Shown: piece after piece, positions 29,267 through 38,174 of the stretch
Layout: each line of letters begins with the position of its first letter
Numbering within the stretch: position 1 is the first letter of the stretch
DNA from: Candidatus Latescibacterota bacterium
GTDB lineage: Bacteria > Latescibacterota > UBA2968 > GCA-2709665
DNA length: 64,000 nucleotides
Direction: 5' to 3'
NCBI GenBank assembly: GCA_965248435.1
Contig: OZ252100.1
Location: 2,784,001-2,848,000 of the forward strand
Program-made: the position numbers and the translations under genes
The notes under the pieces: generated by a model
What the model saw: only the letters and a program-made list of their open reading frames with translations
Database searches by the model: none
Told to the model about the DNA's origin: nothing

Positions 29267-31087
29267 ATGTTTGTAAAAATTTTTACCACATTGAACGCCG
29301 GAATCCTGGCTTTTCTCCTGCTGGCAGGCATTAGCCTTGCGATGATAAACCAGGTCGATCCGGTCTACTCCTTCGAAGAGGTCACCTCCCTTACGGGAGA
29401 AGCACATAAGCTGCCTCTCCTGGCACAGGAGCTGATCCATCGGGGAGAGCACGAGGGCGCGCTCGTGGTGTTCGAACGCTACATCGCCACCCTGCCCTCC
29501 AAGGAGCAGGAACTCTATTACGACATCTCTCTGGTGGGAATGCGCCAGGACATCGCGGCGTACGAGGCCACCACTCCGGAGACTCGGGAGGCCTTCCTGC
29601 GGAGCTTCTGGCTGCGTCGGGATCCCTTCAAGACGTCTGGAGGGGCCATGCGCCGGGCGGAGCACTACCGCCGGGTCTGGCACGCCCGAGCCACCTACGG
29701 AGAGAAAAAGTGGCCGTGGGACCGTCGGGGAGAGGTCTACATCCGTTACGGAGAGCCCGACTACCGTTCCAGCTCGCAGGAACTGAATGCCAAAGTACCA
29801 CTCAAAATCCAGCGAATTCAAGAGCTTCTGGCCTACGAGCTCTATGGCCAAAAGGCGCTCGGAATGACGTTCGTCGGGCCGGTCTTCCCAATTCGGACGG
29901 ACCGGACGGTCGGGTTGAGATTCAGGGATTTTGGAGTGAATTCTTTGGAAAGCATCGACGAAGTGGGGCTGGTGGAGTGGAAACCGGTGATCGCCGGCTA
30001 CGACCGGTCGGGCGTGCCCTGGGAGGTCTGGATATTTGCCGACATAGGCAACGGCCTGGAGGTCGTCTTCACGGACGAGTTCCGTTCCAGCATCTATGAC
30101 TACGCCCCGATCCCCACCCTGAGCGCATATGACCTGGGCCACCGCGGGGCTGGGCGTGCCGTGCATCTGATCAGCCGGTTGAATGAATATGCCCCCGAGA
30201 CCCGAGTATCCAGAATCGCGAGCATCGAACCCGAGCGCTACGCCATAAGCCACCTAGAGCCGTTCGATTTCCATTACGAAGTGCTCTCTTTCCGGGGTCA
30301 GAACGGGAAGACAGACGTCCAGGTGAATATCGGTATTCCGATCGACAACGTCGCCGTGCCGGGAGAGATCGACACCACGGTGCTGATGGAACGGCGGATC
30401 GCGCTGATCGATAGCAAATACGATGAGGTGAAGAAGACGAGGGTGGACCTGGCGGTCCCCGTCTCCGACAGCAGACGCGACAGGAATATGCTGGCAATGG
30501 ACCGGGTGAATCTGGAGGCGGAGCCCGGAGATTACCGGTTGGCCGTGCAAGTGGGGCGCCGGAACACGAACCGGGTCCAGGTCTACCTGCAGTCATTCTC
30601 ACTCCCCGATTACAGTGGCGACCGGTTGGCCCTGAGTGACCTCCAGGTTGCGCAGCGAGTAACCCAGGCTGAAGCGGATTCAGGTTCCGAGTTTGTGCGG
30701 GGCAGGTGGAGCATCACACCGTCCCCCTCGCACGCCTTCCAAGCCGGAAGTCCCATCTTCGCCTATTTCGAGATCTACAATCTTATGCGAGACAAATTTG
30801 GCGCCACGCGCTACGAAGTGGCCTACGAGGTCCGTGTAGGCGGCGGGGATAACAAAGCACCCATCAGGAGGGACATCCGAAAGCAGAGCGGGGAGACCGT
30901 GTCGATCAGCTATGAACAAACCGGTACCAAGACGATGGAGTCCGACTATGTGGAGCTGGACATGGGGCAGATCGAACCGGGGCGCTATACGGTCCGGATG
31001 ACCGTGAAGGATCTAAACAGCGGGCAGGTGACAGTGCAGGAAGGCGCCTTCCGTGTGCTGCACCCCCTAAAACTTGGCGCGGTTTGA
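29267..31087 (+). CDS. GWxTD-domain-like secreted protein
   Basis: RBS aggagg; FW..RDP...EHYRRV..A...WDRRGEVYIRYGEPD; EVWIF; VVFTDE; LALSDL; YFEIYNL. Confidence 0.85.
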   Translation: MFVKIFTTLNAGILAFLLLAGISLAMINQVDPVYSFEEVTSLTGEAHKLPLLAQELIHRGEHEGALVVFERYIATLPSKEQELYYDISLVGMRQDIAAYEATTPETREAFLRSFWLRRDPFKTSGGAMRRAEHYRRVWHARATYGEKKWPWDRRGEVYIRYGEPDYRSSSQELNAKVPLKIQRIQELLAYELYGQKALGMTFVGPVFPIRTDRTVGLRFRDFGVNSLESIDEVGLVEWKPVIAGYDRSGVPWEVWIFADIGNGLEVVFTDEFRSSIYDYAPIPTLSAYDLGHRGAGRAVHLISRLNEYAPETRVSRIASIEPERYAISHLEPFDFHYEVLSFRGQNGKTDVQVNIGIPIDNVAVPGEIDTTVLMERRIALIDSKYDEVKKTRVDLAVPVSDSRRDRNMLAMDRVNLEAEPGDYRLAVQVGRRNTNRVQVYLQSFSLPDYSGDRLALSDLQVAQRVTQAEADSGSEFVRGRWSITPSPSHAFQAGSPIFAYFEIYNLMRDKFGATRYEVAYEVRVGGGDNKAPIRRDIRKQSGETVSISYEQTGTKTMESDYVELDMGQIEPGRYTVRMTVKDLNSGQVTVQEGAFRVLHPLKLGAV

Positions 31088-31147
31088 GGTTCCGAGAGCA
31101 TCTCACGGGCACGCGTCCAGGATGATATCGATTGGCGAAACGGAGTC

Positions 31148-31182
31148 AGGGACGGTCTACTGGAAAGTGGGCCGTCCTTTTT
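31148..31182 (+). terminator. Rho-independent terminator
   Basis: agggacggtctac-tggaaa-gtgggccgtcctt-ttt. Confidence 0.85.
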
Positions 31183-31293
31183 CGTCCGTGGGGCACCTTA
31201 TTTAAGACGGCAAGCCAACAGGTTAGTGCGTGAGCGGAAAAGAGGAAGCCCTCACCCGAATGCCAACCTGATGTAAGTCATCGGCGTTCATTA

Positions 31294-31488
31294 CCTGAGC
31301 ACCGTTGAGACCTCCGTTGCATGGGCCAGTTTGCACTGGACAACAAGATCACGTTCGGCTACGGTTCGGATCTGGAAGCTGTCGAACGTGAGAGGGATTT
31401 GACTAAAAGAGTCGGTCGAATGGATGTAAAACGACTCTAAAAGCGGTTTCTCCTGTTTTGTTAGGTCTCCTGCGTCGGGCTGCTCAGG
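31294..31488 (+). ncRNA. Candidate structured RNA, family not recognised
   Basis: Closing stems cctgagca/tgctcagg and gagacct/aggtctc enclose three hairpins; G-U pairs favour the + strand. Confidence 0.4.
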
Positions 31489-31626
31489 ATGAGGGTATTT
31501 GTGTTGACATTTGATTAATACTGTACATAAATACTCTTTATAAGTCACATTAGGGTGGAAACAGTGACTCACCAACAAGAGGTAGTCGTGTAAATGTAGT
31601 CGTATTCAAATAAGGAGGGAGGCATC

Positions 31627-32130
31627 ATGGCAGAAACAACTGACGGGAGTAGGGTCAATTGGGGAAGCGCGATTGTTGCAGGATTGGTGGCTACGGTAGT
31701 CATGACGATAACGTTGTGGCTTTCGGGCACAAACATCATAATGGGCCTGGGCGGAATGATGCTCGGTGCAGGCGCAAGCACGACGGCACAGTACATACTG
31801 GGAGGACTAATCCACTTAGCAGTGGGCATTTTTTATGGTATCGTCTATGCAGCGCTCGTTGCACCCGTCACGGGATGGAACACACTTGTGAAGGGTGCAG
31901 TATTTGGCCTCGCGATTACCGCAATGGCCTTGGCGTTTATGCCTGTGCTGGGCTCCATGATGGGCGGAGGCGCTGTCAACCCCTGCAACCCTTGTAATCC
32001 TTGCAACCCTTGCAATCCGTGCAGCCCTCAAAGTGGCGGTAGCAGCCCATACGGTGCCTTGCTCAGTCTGATCAACCATCTGATCTTTGGCATCGTGGTC
32101 GCATACCTCTACAAGGGTGCCAGGACTTAG
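31627..32130 (+). CDS. Small 4-TM membrane protein with an (Asn-Pro-Cys)5 loop
   Basis: RBS aaggagg; AGLVATVVMT, IHLAVG and NHLIFG transmembrane His residues; NPCNPCNPCNPCNPC. Confidence 0.85.
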   Translation: MAETTDGSRVNWGSAIVAGLVATVVMTITLWLSGTNIIMGLGGMMLGAGASTTAQYILGGLIHLAVGIFYGIVYAALVAPVTGWNTLVKGAVFGLAITAMALAFMPVLGSMMGGGAVNPCNPCNPCNPCNPCSPQSGGSSPYGALLSLINHLIFGIVVAYLYKGART

Positions 32131-32611
32131 ACGAGGTTCTTAGAACCGAAAATCTAGCGGTACCAACGATGTTTAATTGAGCCGGGTGCCCCGTGCTGGC
32201 CATTTCTTCTGAACCGGTCAAACCCAAGTTCGTTTCAGACACCATCGTCAACTTTATCCGTCGCGTGAAGGGCCGCGAGGCTTGGCGGATATCAATCTGG
32301 GTATCGAAGGTATCTGGAAGGGAGATGAACGCCTCTTGATCGAGGATCTCCGAGCGATTTATGGGATTAAAGCTGAATTCCAGTGAAAATTCCAACTGGA
32401 AGAATCCTGAATCCTTTGGTGGGGAGATCCCAAACGGGTACTGTCCCTCCGATAGCCCTAAGACTAAAGGGTTTAGTGGAGGCCGAAAACCCGCCGGTCA
32501 AAGTGACTTGCGATTCGCGCTTTCACGCGACGGTGAACCTTCTTGAGCATAGCAGTTTTAGCCAACCTACTGAGCCGCATCTAGAGAGATGCAGCTTTTT
32601 GTTTGTACGCC

Positions 32612-33817
32612 ATGGCTGAGATGAAAGACCAACACAAAACCGACGAGCGGCTGATAGACGAATTGACACAGCTGCGTCGACGGGTTCCTGAATTGGAAGC
32701 ATTAGAGGCTGAGCGTGAGAAGGCAGAAGAGGCGCTAAGGGAGAGTGAGGCCCGCACCCGATCCATTTTGAATACCACCGTCGACGGGATTATTACCATC
32801 ACCGAGCGCGGAATTGTCGAGTCGCTCAACCCGGCCGCCGAGCGCATCTTTGGCTACTGTGCCGCAGAGGTTATCGGGCAGAACGTCAAGATGTTGATGC
32901 CCGAGCCCTATCGGAGCGAGCACGATGGTTATATTGGTAACTACACGCGCACCGGTGAGGCTAAGATCATCGGCATCGGGCGTGAGGCGGTGGGACGACG
33001 GAAGGACGGGTCGACCTTCCCGATGGATCTGGCGGTCAGCGCCACACGTTTGGACAGGCAATGTCTATTCACCGGCGTAGTACGCGACATCACCGAGCTG
33101 AACGAACTGGATGCCCGTGTTTTGAAAGGTCTAACGATTTTTGCCCAATCTTTGAAGCTCATCTCCAACCAGGTCTCAGAGACTGAGGATGCCTTTATCT
33201 ACACTATCGAGGCACTGGCCAGGGCGGCCGAAGCCAGCGATGAGGATACAGGCCGCCATATTGCTCGCGTGAACGAATATTCCAAGTGCCTGGCGGACGA
33301 GCTCGGCCTGGACGCCCAGTTTGTGCGGAAAATTCACTACTCCGCTCAGATGCACGATGTCGGGAAGATCTATCTCCATCCCAGCCTACTAGGGAAACCC
33401 GGGAGTTTGACGGTGGAGGAGTCGGCTCAGATGACCCAGCATACCATCCATGGGGCCAAGATCTTAGGCGACGCGCCCCGGCTGGAAATGGCCCGCCAAA
33501 TCGCCCTTGCCCACCACGAGAAATACGATGGGAGCGGCTATCCCTTCGGATTGAAAGGCGAGGCGATCCCCCTCGCAGCGCGGATCGTCAGCGTTGCGGA
33601 TGTGTATGACGCGCTGAGACAGAAGTGAAGCTACAAGCCGACGCTTTCCCACGAGACGGCCTTCAGGATTATCACCCAGGGGGATGGCAAGATGAGGCCA
33701 GAACATTTCGATCCTCAGGTTCTGGCGGCCTTCCAGAGAGTTGGGGATCGGATGCAGGGTATATTTGAGGCCGACAGTTTTGAGGTCGGATGGAAATCGC
33801 GGAAGCGTTCAGTTTAA
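32612..33817 (+). pseudogene. FixL-type PAS plus HD-GYP phosphodiesterase interrupted by an in-frame TGA at 33626-33628
   Basis: MHDVGKI, HHEKYDGSGYP, ADVYDALRQK*SYKP...HFDPQVL continues in frame to TAA 33815-33817. Confidence 0.85.
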
Positions 33818-33843
33818 AGGCAGAACAGTTAAGTGCTTTGGGG

Positions 33844-33882
33844 GCGAGGATGAAAAAACTGGGGATCAAGCGCAAGAACTGA
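33844..33882 (+). pseudogene. Orphan 3' tail of the PAS-bEBP gene
   Basis: gcgaggatgaaaaaactggggatcaagcgcaagaactga encodes [12 protein letters not shown], matching the end of the 11190-12983 gene. Confidence 0.85.
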
Positions 33883-34010
33883 GGGCTCCCAATATTTAGT
33901 GTCGCCCACAAAATATTGGGACTTTCTCGACTCGTCCGAAAGTCTGACAAAGCGGTTTTCTACAATATTTACAACCATTTGAGTCACCTTCTCAAATGGT
34001 TTTTGTCTTT

Positions 34011-34025
34011 TGGCATACACCTTGC
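34011..34025 (+). promoter_or_regulatory. Sigma54 promoter (cassette copy 3)
   Basis: TGGCATACACCTTGC; hairpin at 33973-34001 and palindrome tcccaatattt...aaatattggga at 33887-33921. Confidence 0.9.
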
Positions 34026-34041
34026 AATACAAGACATCGTA

Positions 34042-34395
34042 ATGGAAAATACAACTCACATAATCCTGACCGATGCAGACTTCCAAAAGGAAGTCCTTGA
34101 AAATCGAGGCTCCGTTCTGGTGGAGTTTGGCGCTGAGTGGTGTGGGCCCTGCCAGATCCTTGCGCCGATGATCGAAGAATTGGTATCTGAGTTCGAAGGA
34201 AGAATCAAGGTGTGTAGACTGGATGTGGACCATAATGAACGTATCCCGGGTGATTATGGCATCTGGAGCCTTCCGACCCTTCTCTTTTTCAGGAGTGGAA
34301 GGGTTGTAGATCACATTATCGGGGTGGTCCCAAAGGTCGAGCTGACGGCCAAGCTCAATGCTATGCTTGAGGACCCGAAAGGAGACCCAAGATGA
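34042..34395 (+). CDS. trxA: Thioredoxin
   Basis: VLVEFGAEWCGPCQILAP, LDVD, YGIWSLPTL. Confidence 0.92.
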   Translation: MENTTHIILTDADFQKEVLENRGSVLVEFGAEWCGPCQILAPMIEELVSEFEGRIKVCRLDVDHNERIPGDYGIWSLPTLLFFRSGRVVDHIIGVVPKVELTAKLNAMLEDPKGDPR

Positions 34396-34688
34396 CCCAG
34401 TTTAAACCGGGAGATGCAGTGTCTTTTGCCCACGAGGAGCACTGGATGATTGGGGAAGTGGAAGAGATCCGGCGAGGTCACGAGGGAGACAACCTTCTGA
34501 TCATCCGGCAGGGCGGTCCATGGTCCGGGTCCCGTTATGTTGTGTTGTCGAGTCGTGTGGAGAAGCTGGGTGAAGAAAGCGAAGATGCCCAATTTTCAAG
34601 ACATCGTCACGATGCTACAGTTTCCATTGATCGGGATCCCATTAAAGGCTACGCGTTTCCAGAAGACATAACTCCGTTTCTAAATTGA
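34392..34688 (+). CDS. Hypothetical protein
   Basis: ATGA overlap with the trxA stop; RBS aggag. Confidence 0.6.
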   Translation: MTQFKPGDAVSFAHEEHWMIGEVEEIRRGHEGDNLLIIRQGGPWSGSRYVVLSSRVEKLGEESEDAQFSRHRHDATVSIDRDPIKGYAFPEDITPFLN

Positions 34689-34819
34689 ACCGGTGGTCCT
34701 GAAGCTTCACTAATGTGGAGCTGGGTAGGGGAGCTGAAGTTCTTACCGGCATTCGAAATGAATGATAGGCGACGTCATAGGTTAATCTAAAAGCGGAATC
34801 TACTAAAGGAGTGAGTGTC

Positions 34820-35515
34820 ATGAAACGATCAAGCCTTTATATAGCCACATTCCTGACGGTGTTTTCAATGGCGGGATGTGCAACCATGTCCGTAAAGACG
34901 GACTATGACAGGAATAAACAATTTCCTAGTATCAGAACCTTTGCATGGGCTGAGCAACCTGAGAAGCCGGTCCGCAATCCGATGGTCCAGAATTCTTTAA
35001 TGGACAAACGGGTCAGGCGCGCAGTTCAGCAGGAGCTGGAGGCCTTAGGGTATGAGAAGGACCTTGAGAAGCCCGCTTTGCTCGTTGTTTATCATACTGG
35101 CCTGGAAGACAAGATTGACGTGTCGCCGCGGGGCTACGGTCACGGTGGGTATTACGACAGGGGTTACGGAGGGCATGGCTACGGTTACGGTGGGTATTAC
35201 GGCAGGCGTTACGGCAGGGGTTACGGAGGGCGTGCCTACGGTTATGGGTATCACGGCAGGGGATACGGAGGACATGGCTACGATTACGGTGGGTATTACG
35301 GCAGGGGTTACGGAGGGGGTGGTTCGTATCTTCGGACCTATAAAGAGGGCACTCTGATCCTCGACTTCGTTGACCCTGAGACCATGCAGCTAATCTGGCG
35401 CGGTTGGGCGACTTTCGCGTTCGATGATCCTGACAAAGCGGCAAGGTATGTGAACAAAGCCGTCAAAAAGATCCTGAAGAAATTCCCGCCGCAAGACGAC
35501 CAGGCCAGATCGTAA
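34820..35515 (+). CDS. DUF4136 lipoprotein with Gly/Tyr-rich insertion
   Basis: Lipobox MAGC; TDYD..; YKEGTLILDFVD...LIWRG..; ILKKFPP. Confidence 0.9.
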   Translation: MKRSSLYIATFLTVFSMAGCATMSVKTDYDRNKQFPSIRTFAWAEQPEKPVRNPMVQNSLMDKRVRRAVQQELEALGYEKDLEKPALLVVYHTGLEDKIDVSPRGYGHGGYYDRGYGGHGYGYGGYYGRRYGRGYGGRAYGYGYHGRGYGGHGYDYGGYYGRGYGGGGSYLRTYKEGTLILDFVDPETMQLIWRGWATFAFDDPDKAARYVNKAVKKILKKFPPQDDQARS

Positions 35516-35553
35516 GTTTCTGCTTCGAAAGGTTCTCCAAAAGGAGGTTAGTC

Positions 35554-36102
35554 ATGTCTACAACGGAAGTAGTAGTATCCGAAATCGAACACGTGGAAGT
35601 GCTCAAGTACGAGGACACCTCAGTGCCAATCATGAACTTTCCATTCAAGATCGATCACGGGAAGTTGAACCGGCTTGCCAGGGATCTGAGCATCGAATAT
35701 CCTCGAAGCCCAAGAGAGAAGATCGCGGATTATGTCTTTGCCGCTCGGGCTCTCGACAAGTCCCGGGCCTATCTCGCCAGCACGCTCGGTGACTATGAGT
35801 TCAACTGCAAGCTCGACCGAAGGTTCTTCAACTTCACCACCATCAACGCAATCGAGTTTATGGAGTGTGTGGCCACTGGGGCGGATGACGATGAAGTGGC
35901 TCGCTGGATCACGGAACACGCGCTTTCACGCGATCGATCTGAGATCGTGAAATGGAACAATCAGATGAGAGAGCTGCGCATCAGCGAACTTCCAATCGAG
36001 TCTCAGCTCTACCTGGAGGATTACATCCCCAGATATATCCCCTCGAATAAGTCCGTGGTCACCCTGTTCGACCTATTCGATGCAGAAGAGGGGCGCATCT
36101 AG
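35554..36102 (+). CDS. DUF5069 domain protein
   Basis: DL..EYPRSPRE...AARALDKSRA...LGDYEFNCKLD..FF...FDLFDAEEGRI. Confidence 0.85.
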   Translation: MSTTEVVVSEIEHVEVLKYEDTSVPIMNFPFKIDHGKLNRLARDLSIEYPRSPREKIADYVFAARALDKSRAYLASTLGDYEFNCKLDRRFFNFTTINAIEFMECVATGADDDEVARWITEHALSRDRSEIVKWNNQMRELRISELPIESQLYLEDYIPRYIPSNKSVVTLFDLFDAEEGRI

Positions 36103-36201
36103 CACTAGAACCTGAAGGAGCAATTTCCCGGAAAGCAAAAGAGCGAGGTCCTTCATCCGTCAAGCATCAGGTCATTTACATCAAAAGAGGAGGGTAGTCA
36201 A

Positions 36202-37236
36202 ATGAAAGCCGCAATGATCCACGAATTTGGCGATGCGGATGTGTTGAAGTACGAAGAGATCGAAACGCCGGAGCCCAGGGTTGGACAGGTCCTGATCAAG
36301 GTGCTCGCCGCGGGCACTAACCGGCTCGAACACTATCTGCGCGAAGGATCCGTCGTGCCGGAGCTTCCGTTTCCCCACATCCTGGGTGCAGACGCCGCAG
36401 GCGAGATAGCCAAACTGGGCGAAGGGGTCAACAGCTTTGAAGTCGGCGAGCGGGTGATTCCTGTGCCCGGGTTCCCGGTCAAGGAGGAGGAGTACGACAT
36501 CCGTCCGTCTGCCACGGCGCCGAGCTTCACGCTTCCGGGGTTAGGTATCCCGGGCACCTATGCACAGTATGTAGAGATTCCCGCACAGTGGGTGGTCAGA
36601 GACGAAACCGGCCTGGCCCCAGAAGAAGTGGCGACCCTGCCAATGGTTCTCGCGACTGCGGTTCGGGCCGTTAAGGAAGTGGGTGGGGTCAAGGCCGGGG
36701 ATAAAGTTCTGGTCCAGGCCGGTGCCTCGGGGTCGGGCAGCATGCAGGTACAGGTGGCGAAGGCGCTTGGAGCTCAAGTTGCTACCACCGTGCGGGACGA
36801 TGCAAAAGCAGAATTCGCGGAAACGCTGGGGGCGGACCTTGTGATCAACACGCGAAAGGAGGATTCCGTCGAGCGCGTGATGGAATGGACCAGCGGCCCC
36901 GGTGCGGACGTGGTGATCGACAACCTCGGAGGAGACGTCTTGCCCAGGAGCATCGATGCCGTCAGGCCTCTGGGCATCGTGGTCGCCTTTGGCTTCGTTG
37001 CCGGCACAGAGGTGACGTTTGACATCCGCAATTTCTTCTTCGGCCAGAAGCAGCTGCGTGGTTCAATGGCCGGTGATGTGGAAGACCTCAACTGGGGGCT
37101 GGAGCAGGTCCGCGAGGGTCGGATAAGTCCCTCTCTCGACCGCGCCTTTCCGCTGAGCCAGGCGACTGAGGCACACCGGCTGATCGCGGCCAACCAGGTC
37201 AAGGGAAACCTGGTGCTGCTGCCGTGGGCGGCATAA
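36202..37236 (+). CDS. NADPH:quinone oxidoreductase / zinc-binding dehydrogenase family
   Basis: MKAAMIHEFG, PHILGADAAG, VLVQAGASGSG, FPLSQATEAH. Confidence 0.92.
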   Translation: MKAAMIHEFGDADVLKYEEIETPEPRVGQVLIKVLAAGTNRLEHYLREGSVVPELPFPHILGADAAGEIAKLGEGVNSFEVGERVIPVPGFPVKEEEYDIRPSATAPSFTLPGLGIPGTYAQYVEIPAQWVVRDETGLAPEEVATLPMVLATAVRAVKEVGGVKAGDKVLVQAGASGSGSMQVQVAKALGAQVATTVRDDAKAEFAETLGADLVINTRKEDSVERVMEWTSGPGADVVIDNLGGDVLPRSIDAVRPLGIVVAFGFVAGTEVTFDIRNFFFGQKQLRGSMAGDVEDLNWGLEQVREGRISPSLDRAFPLSQATEAHRLIAANQVKGNLVLLPWAA

Positions 37237-37263
37237 GACACTGCGATTGAAGGGGGAAGTAGT

Positions 37264-37572
37264 ATGCCTACGGTTGAATTTATCTATGATTCTGACTGCC
37301 CAAATGCAGAGGCAGCGCGCCAGCGACTCTTGCGCGCTCTTGCCGAAGCAGGAATAAAATTGGACTTTCAGGAGTGGAATCGAACGGCTCCTGAGAGCCC
37401 GGACTACGTTCAGCGTTACGGATCTCCAACTATATTGGTGAACCAGAAAGATGCTGCTGGCGCAGAATCAATATCTGGTGATAAGGCGTGTCGGGTTTAT
37501 CAGAATAGTGACGGCCAACTGAGCGGCATTCCTTCTATCGAAATGATTACCTCGGCATTAACCGAGACATAA
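37264..37572 (+). CDS. Small thioredoxin-fold protein (DUF2703-like, often near mer genes)
   Basis: YDSDCPN, YGSPTILVN, ACRVY motifs. Confidence 0.75.
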   Translation: MPTVEFIYDSDCPNAEAARQRLLRALAEAGIKLDFQEWNRTAPESPDYVQRYGSPTILVNQKDAAGAESISGDKACRVYQNSDGQLSGIPSIEMITSALTET

Positions 37573-37592
37573 AAGTAGTACAAAGGGAGTCT

Positions 37593-38162
37593 ATGATGCT
37601 AGCAACTAAATTGGGACTCGGATCAGCGTCTCTGGCTTCGTTGTGCTGCGTGGTCCCTGTTGGCCTTGCTGTGTTGGGACTCGGTGGACTTGGCGTAGGG
37701 GCTTTCATCGATGCGAATCACTGGTATTTCATAGCAGTCGCCGGCGTGCTTCTCGCACTGTCCTGGTATGCGTATTGGCGGGAACGGCGACGATGCAGGA
37801 CGGAACGATGCGAGATAGTTGGCGGTAAGACGGCCCGCGTAGCGCTTCCATTGGCTACACTAGCTGTTGTAGGTTTCTTCGGACTTAACTTGTATACCTA
37901 CGCTGGTGCGGATGGCCAGGAAATAGGTCTGGTGCCATCAGCACACGCTCAGATCACGATTCCTGTAGAGGGTATGACTTGCTATAGCTGTACCGCCCAC
38001 GTCGAGCAGAACCTGAAGGGCTTGGATGGTGTGCAGGATGTCGCGGCAAGCGTGCCCCAAAAAGCTGTAACGGTCACCTACGACCCTGAGCTTATCAGCG
38101 TTGAGCAGTTAATAGATAGAGTGAATGAGACTGGGTATCGGGCGCACAAACCGATCGGCTAG
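37593..38162 (+). CDS. MerT-like transporter fused to an HMA (MerP-like) domain
   Basis: ASLCCVVP in TM1, CRTERC loop, VEGMTCYSC HMA motif. Confidence 0.88.
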   Translation: MMLATKLGLGSASLASLCCVVPVGLAVLGLGGLGVGAFIDANHWYFIAVAGVLLALSWYAYWRERRRCRTERCEIVGGKTARVALPLATLAVVGFFGLNLYTYAGADGQEIGLVPSAHAQITIPVEGMTCYSCTAHVEQNLKGLDGVQDVAASVPQKAVTVTYDPELISVEQLIDRVNETGYRAHKPIG

Positions 38163-38174
38163 TGATACCGAAAA

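Noticed and set aside
29030-30253. 407-aa minus-strand ORF
   Set aside because: Lies opposite the GWxTD-like gene, which has the RBS, signal peptide and family motifs.
31520-31540. LexA SOS box
   Set aside because: CTGT-N8-ACTC lacks the required CAG half-site, and the box type for this lineage is unknown.
32360-32530. Possible c-di-AMP (ydaO) or c-di-GMP riboswitch before the HD-GYP gene
   Set aside because: Only scattered words match (gctgaat, aacccg, a gaaa hairpin); the full consensus could not be laid out. An Rfam scan is needed.
33626-33628. TGA as selenocysteine
   Set aside because: It aligns with a conserved Arg, not a Cys, and no SECIS-like hairpin was evident.
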